A DNA stretch of 63,834 bases, taken from Octopus bimaculoides. Its lineage: Eukaryota. The notes beneath the pieces are model-generated. The model did no database searches. It saw only the letters and a list, made by a program, of their open reading frames with translations, and was not told where the DNA came from. Below, in pieces: positions 63,336 through 63,834 of the stretch. The stretch covers positions 19,213,447-19,277,280 of the forward strand of contig NC_068997.1 in NCBI RefSeq assembly GCF_001194135.2, read 5' to 3'. Within the stretch, counting starts at the first letter, position 1. Each line of letters begins with the position of its first letter. Position numbers and translations under genes: made by a program.

Positions 63336-63834
63336 GTTATTATTATTGCTATTATTATTAAGGCGGCGAGCTAGCAGAAGCATTTGCACGTCAGGCAAGA
63401 TGCTTAGCAGCATTTCATCCATCTCTATGTTAGGAGTTTAAGATCTGCTGAGGTCAACTTTGCCTTTCATCCTTCCAGGGTCAATGAGATAAATTTTGCT
63501 GTTCATCCTTTCAAGCTCGATAAATTAAATACCAGTGAAAGACTGAGGTCAATGTAATCGACTTACTCCTCTCCACAAAATTTCAGGCCTTGTGCCTATA
63601 GTAGAAAAGCTTATTATTATTATTATTACTATTAAATTGAATAGACTACTGCTGCTCCAACACATCATCTCTGTATGTGTGTATAAGTACAAGTTATATT
63701 ATGCAATAGAAATTTCTGTAGGGTCAAAGGATCACCAAAACCCAAGCAGAGACCACAACAGGACAGTTTGCTTAGTATATAGAACTGATATGTAACAAGG
63801 TAAATGGAGAAAGAAACACACCCCTCCTCACTAC

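Overview
AT-rich, gap-containing eukaryotic genomic DNA with many microsatellites; the repeat families look cephalopod (probably Octopus, inferred). The window lies entirely inside one plus-strand gene, a furry/FRY-like (Tao3/Mor2 family) scaffold-protein gene. I traced 38 coding exons (51-62875) with consistent splice phases and an uninterrupted reading frame, apart from about 4 nt of exon 2 lost in an N-gap. The gene starts before and ends after the window. The most notable features are in splicing: (i) an AT-AC minor-spliceosome (U12) intron at 57519-59251, which the protein frame requires; (ii) two frame-preserving microexon candidates (15 nt and 18 nt) in a repeat-poor part of the 12.7 kb intron; (iii) a GC-AG donor competing with an in-frame GT donor. 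The introns contain several tRNA-type SINE families, relics of RTE, CR1, L1/Tx1 and RLE-type LINEs, TTAA MITEs, two near-identical Helitron-like insertions, and mini/microsatellites. There is no CRISPR array, rRNA or real tRNA gene. Apart from ORFs that overlap fry exons, the supplied ORFs are microsatellite, repeat or N-gap artefacts. All homology statements come from recalled family motifs, not from database searches.
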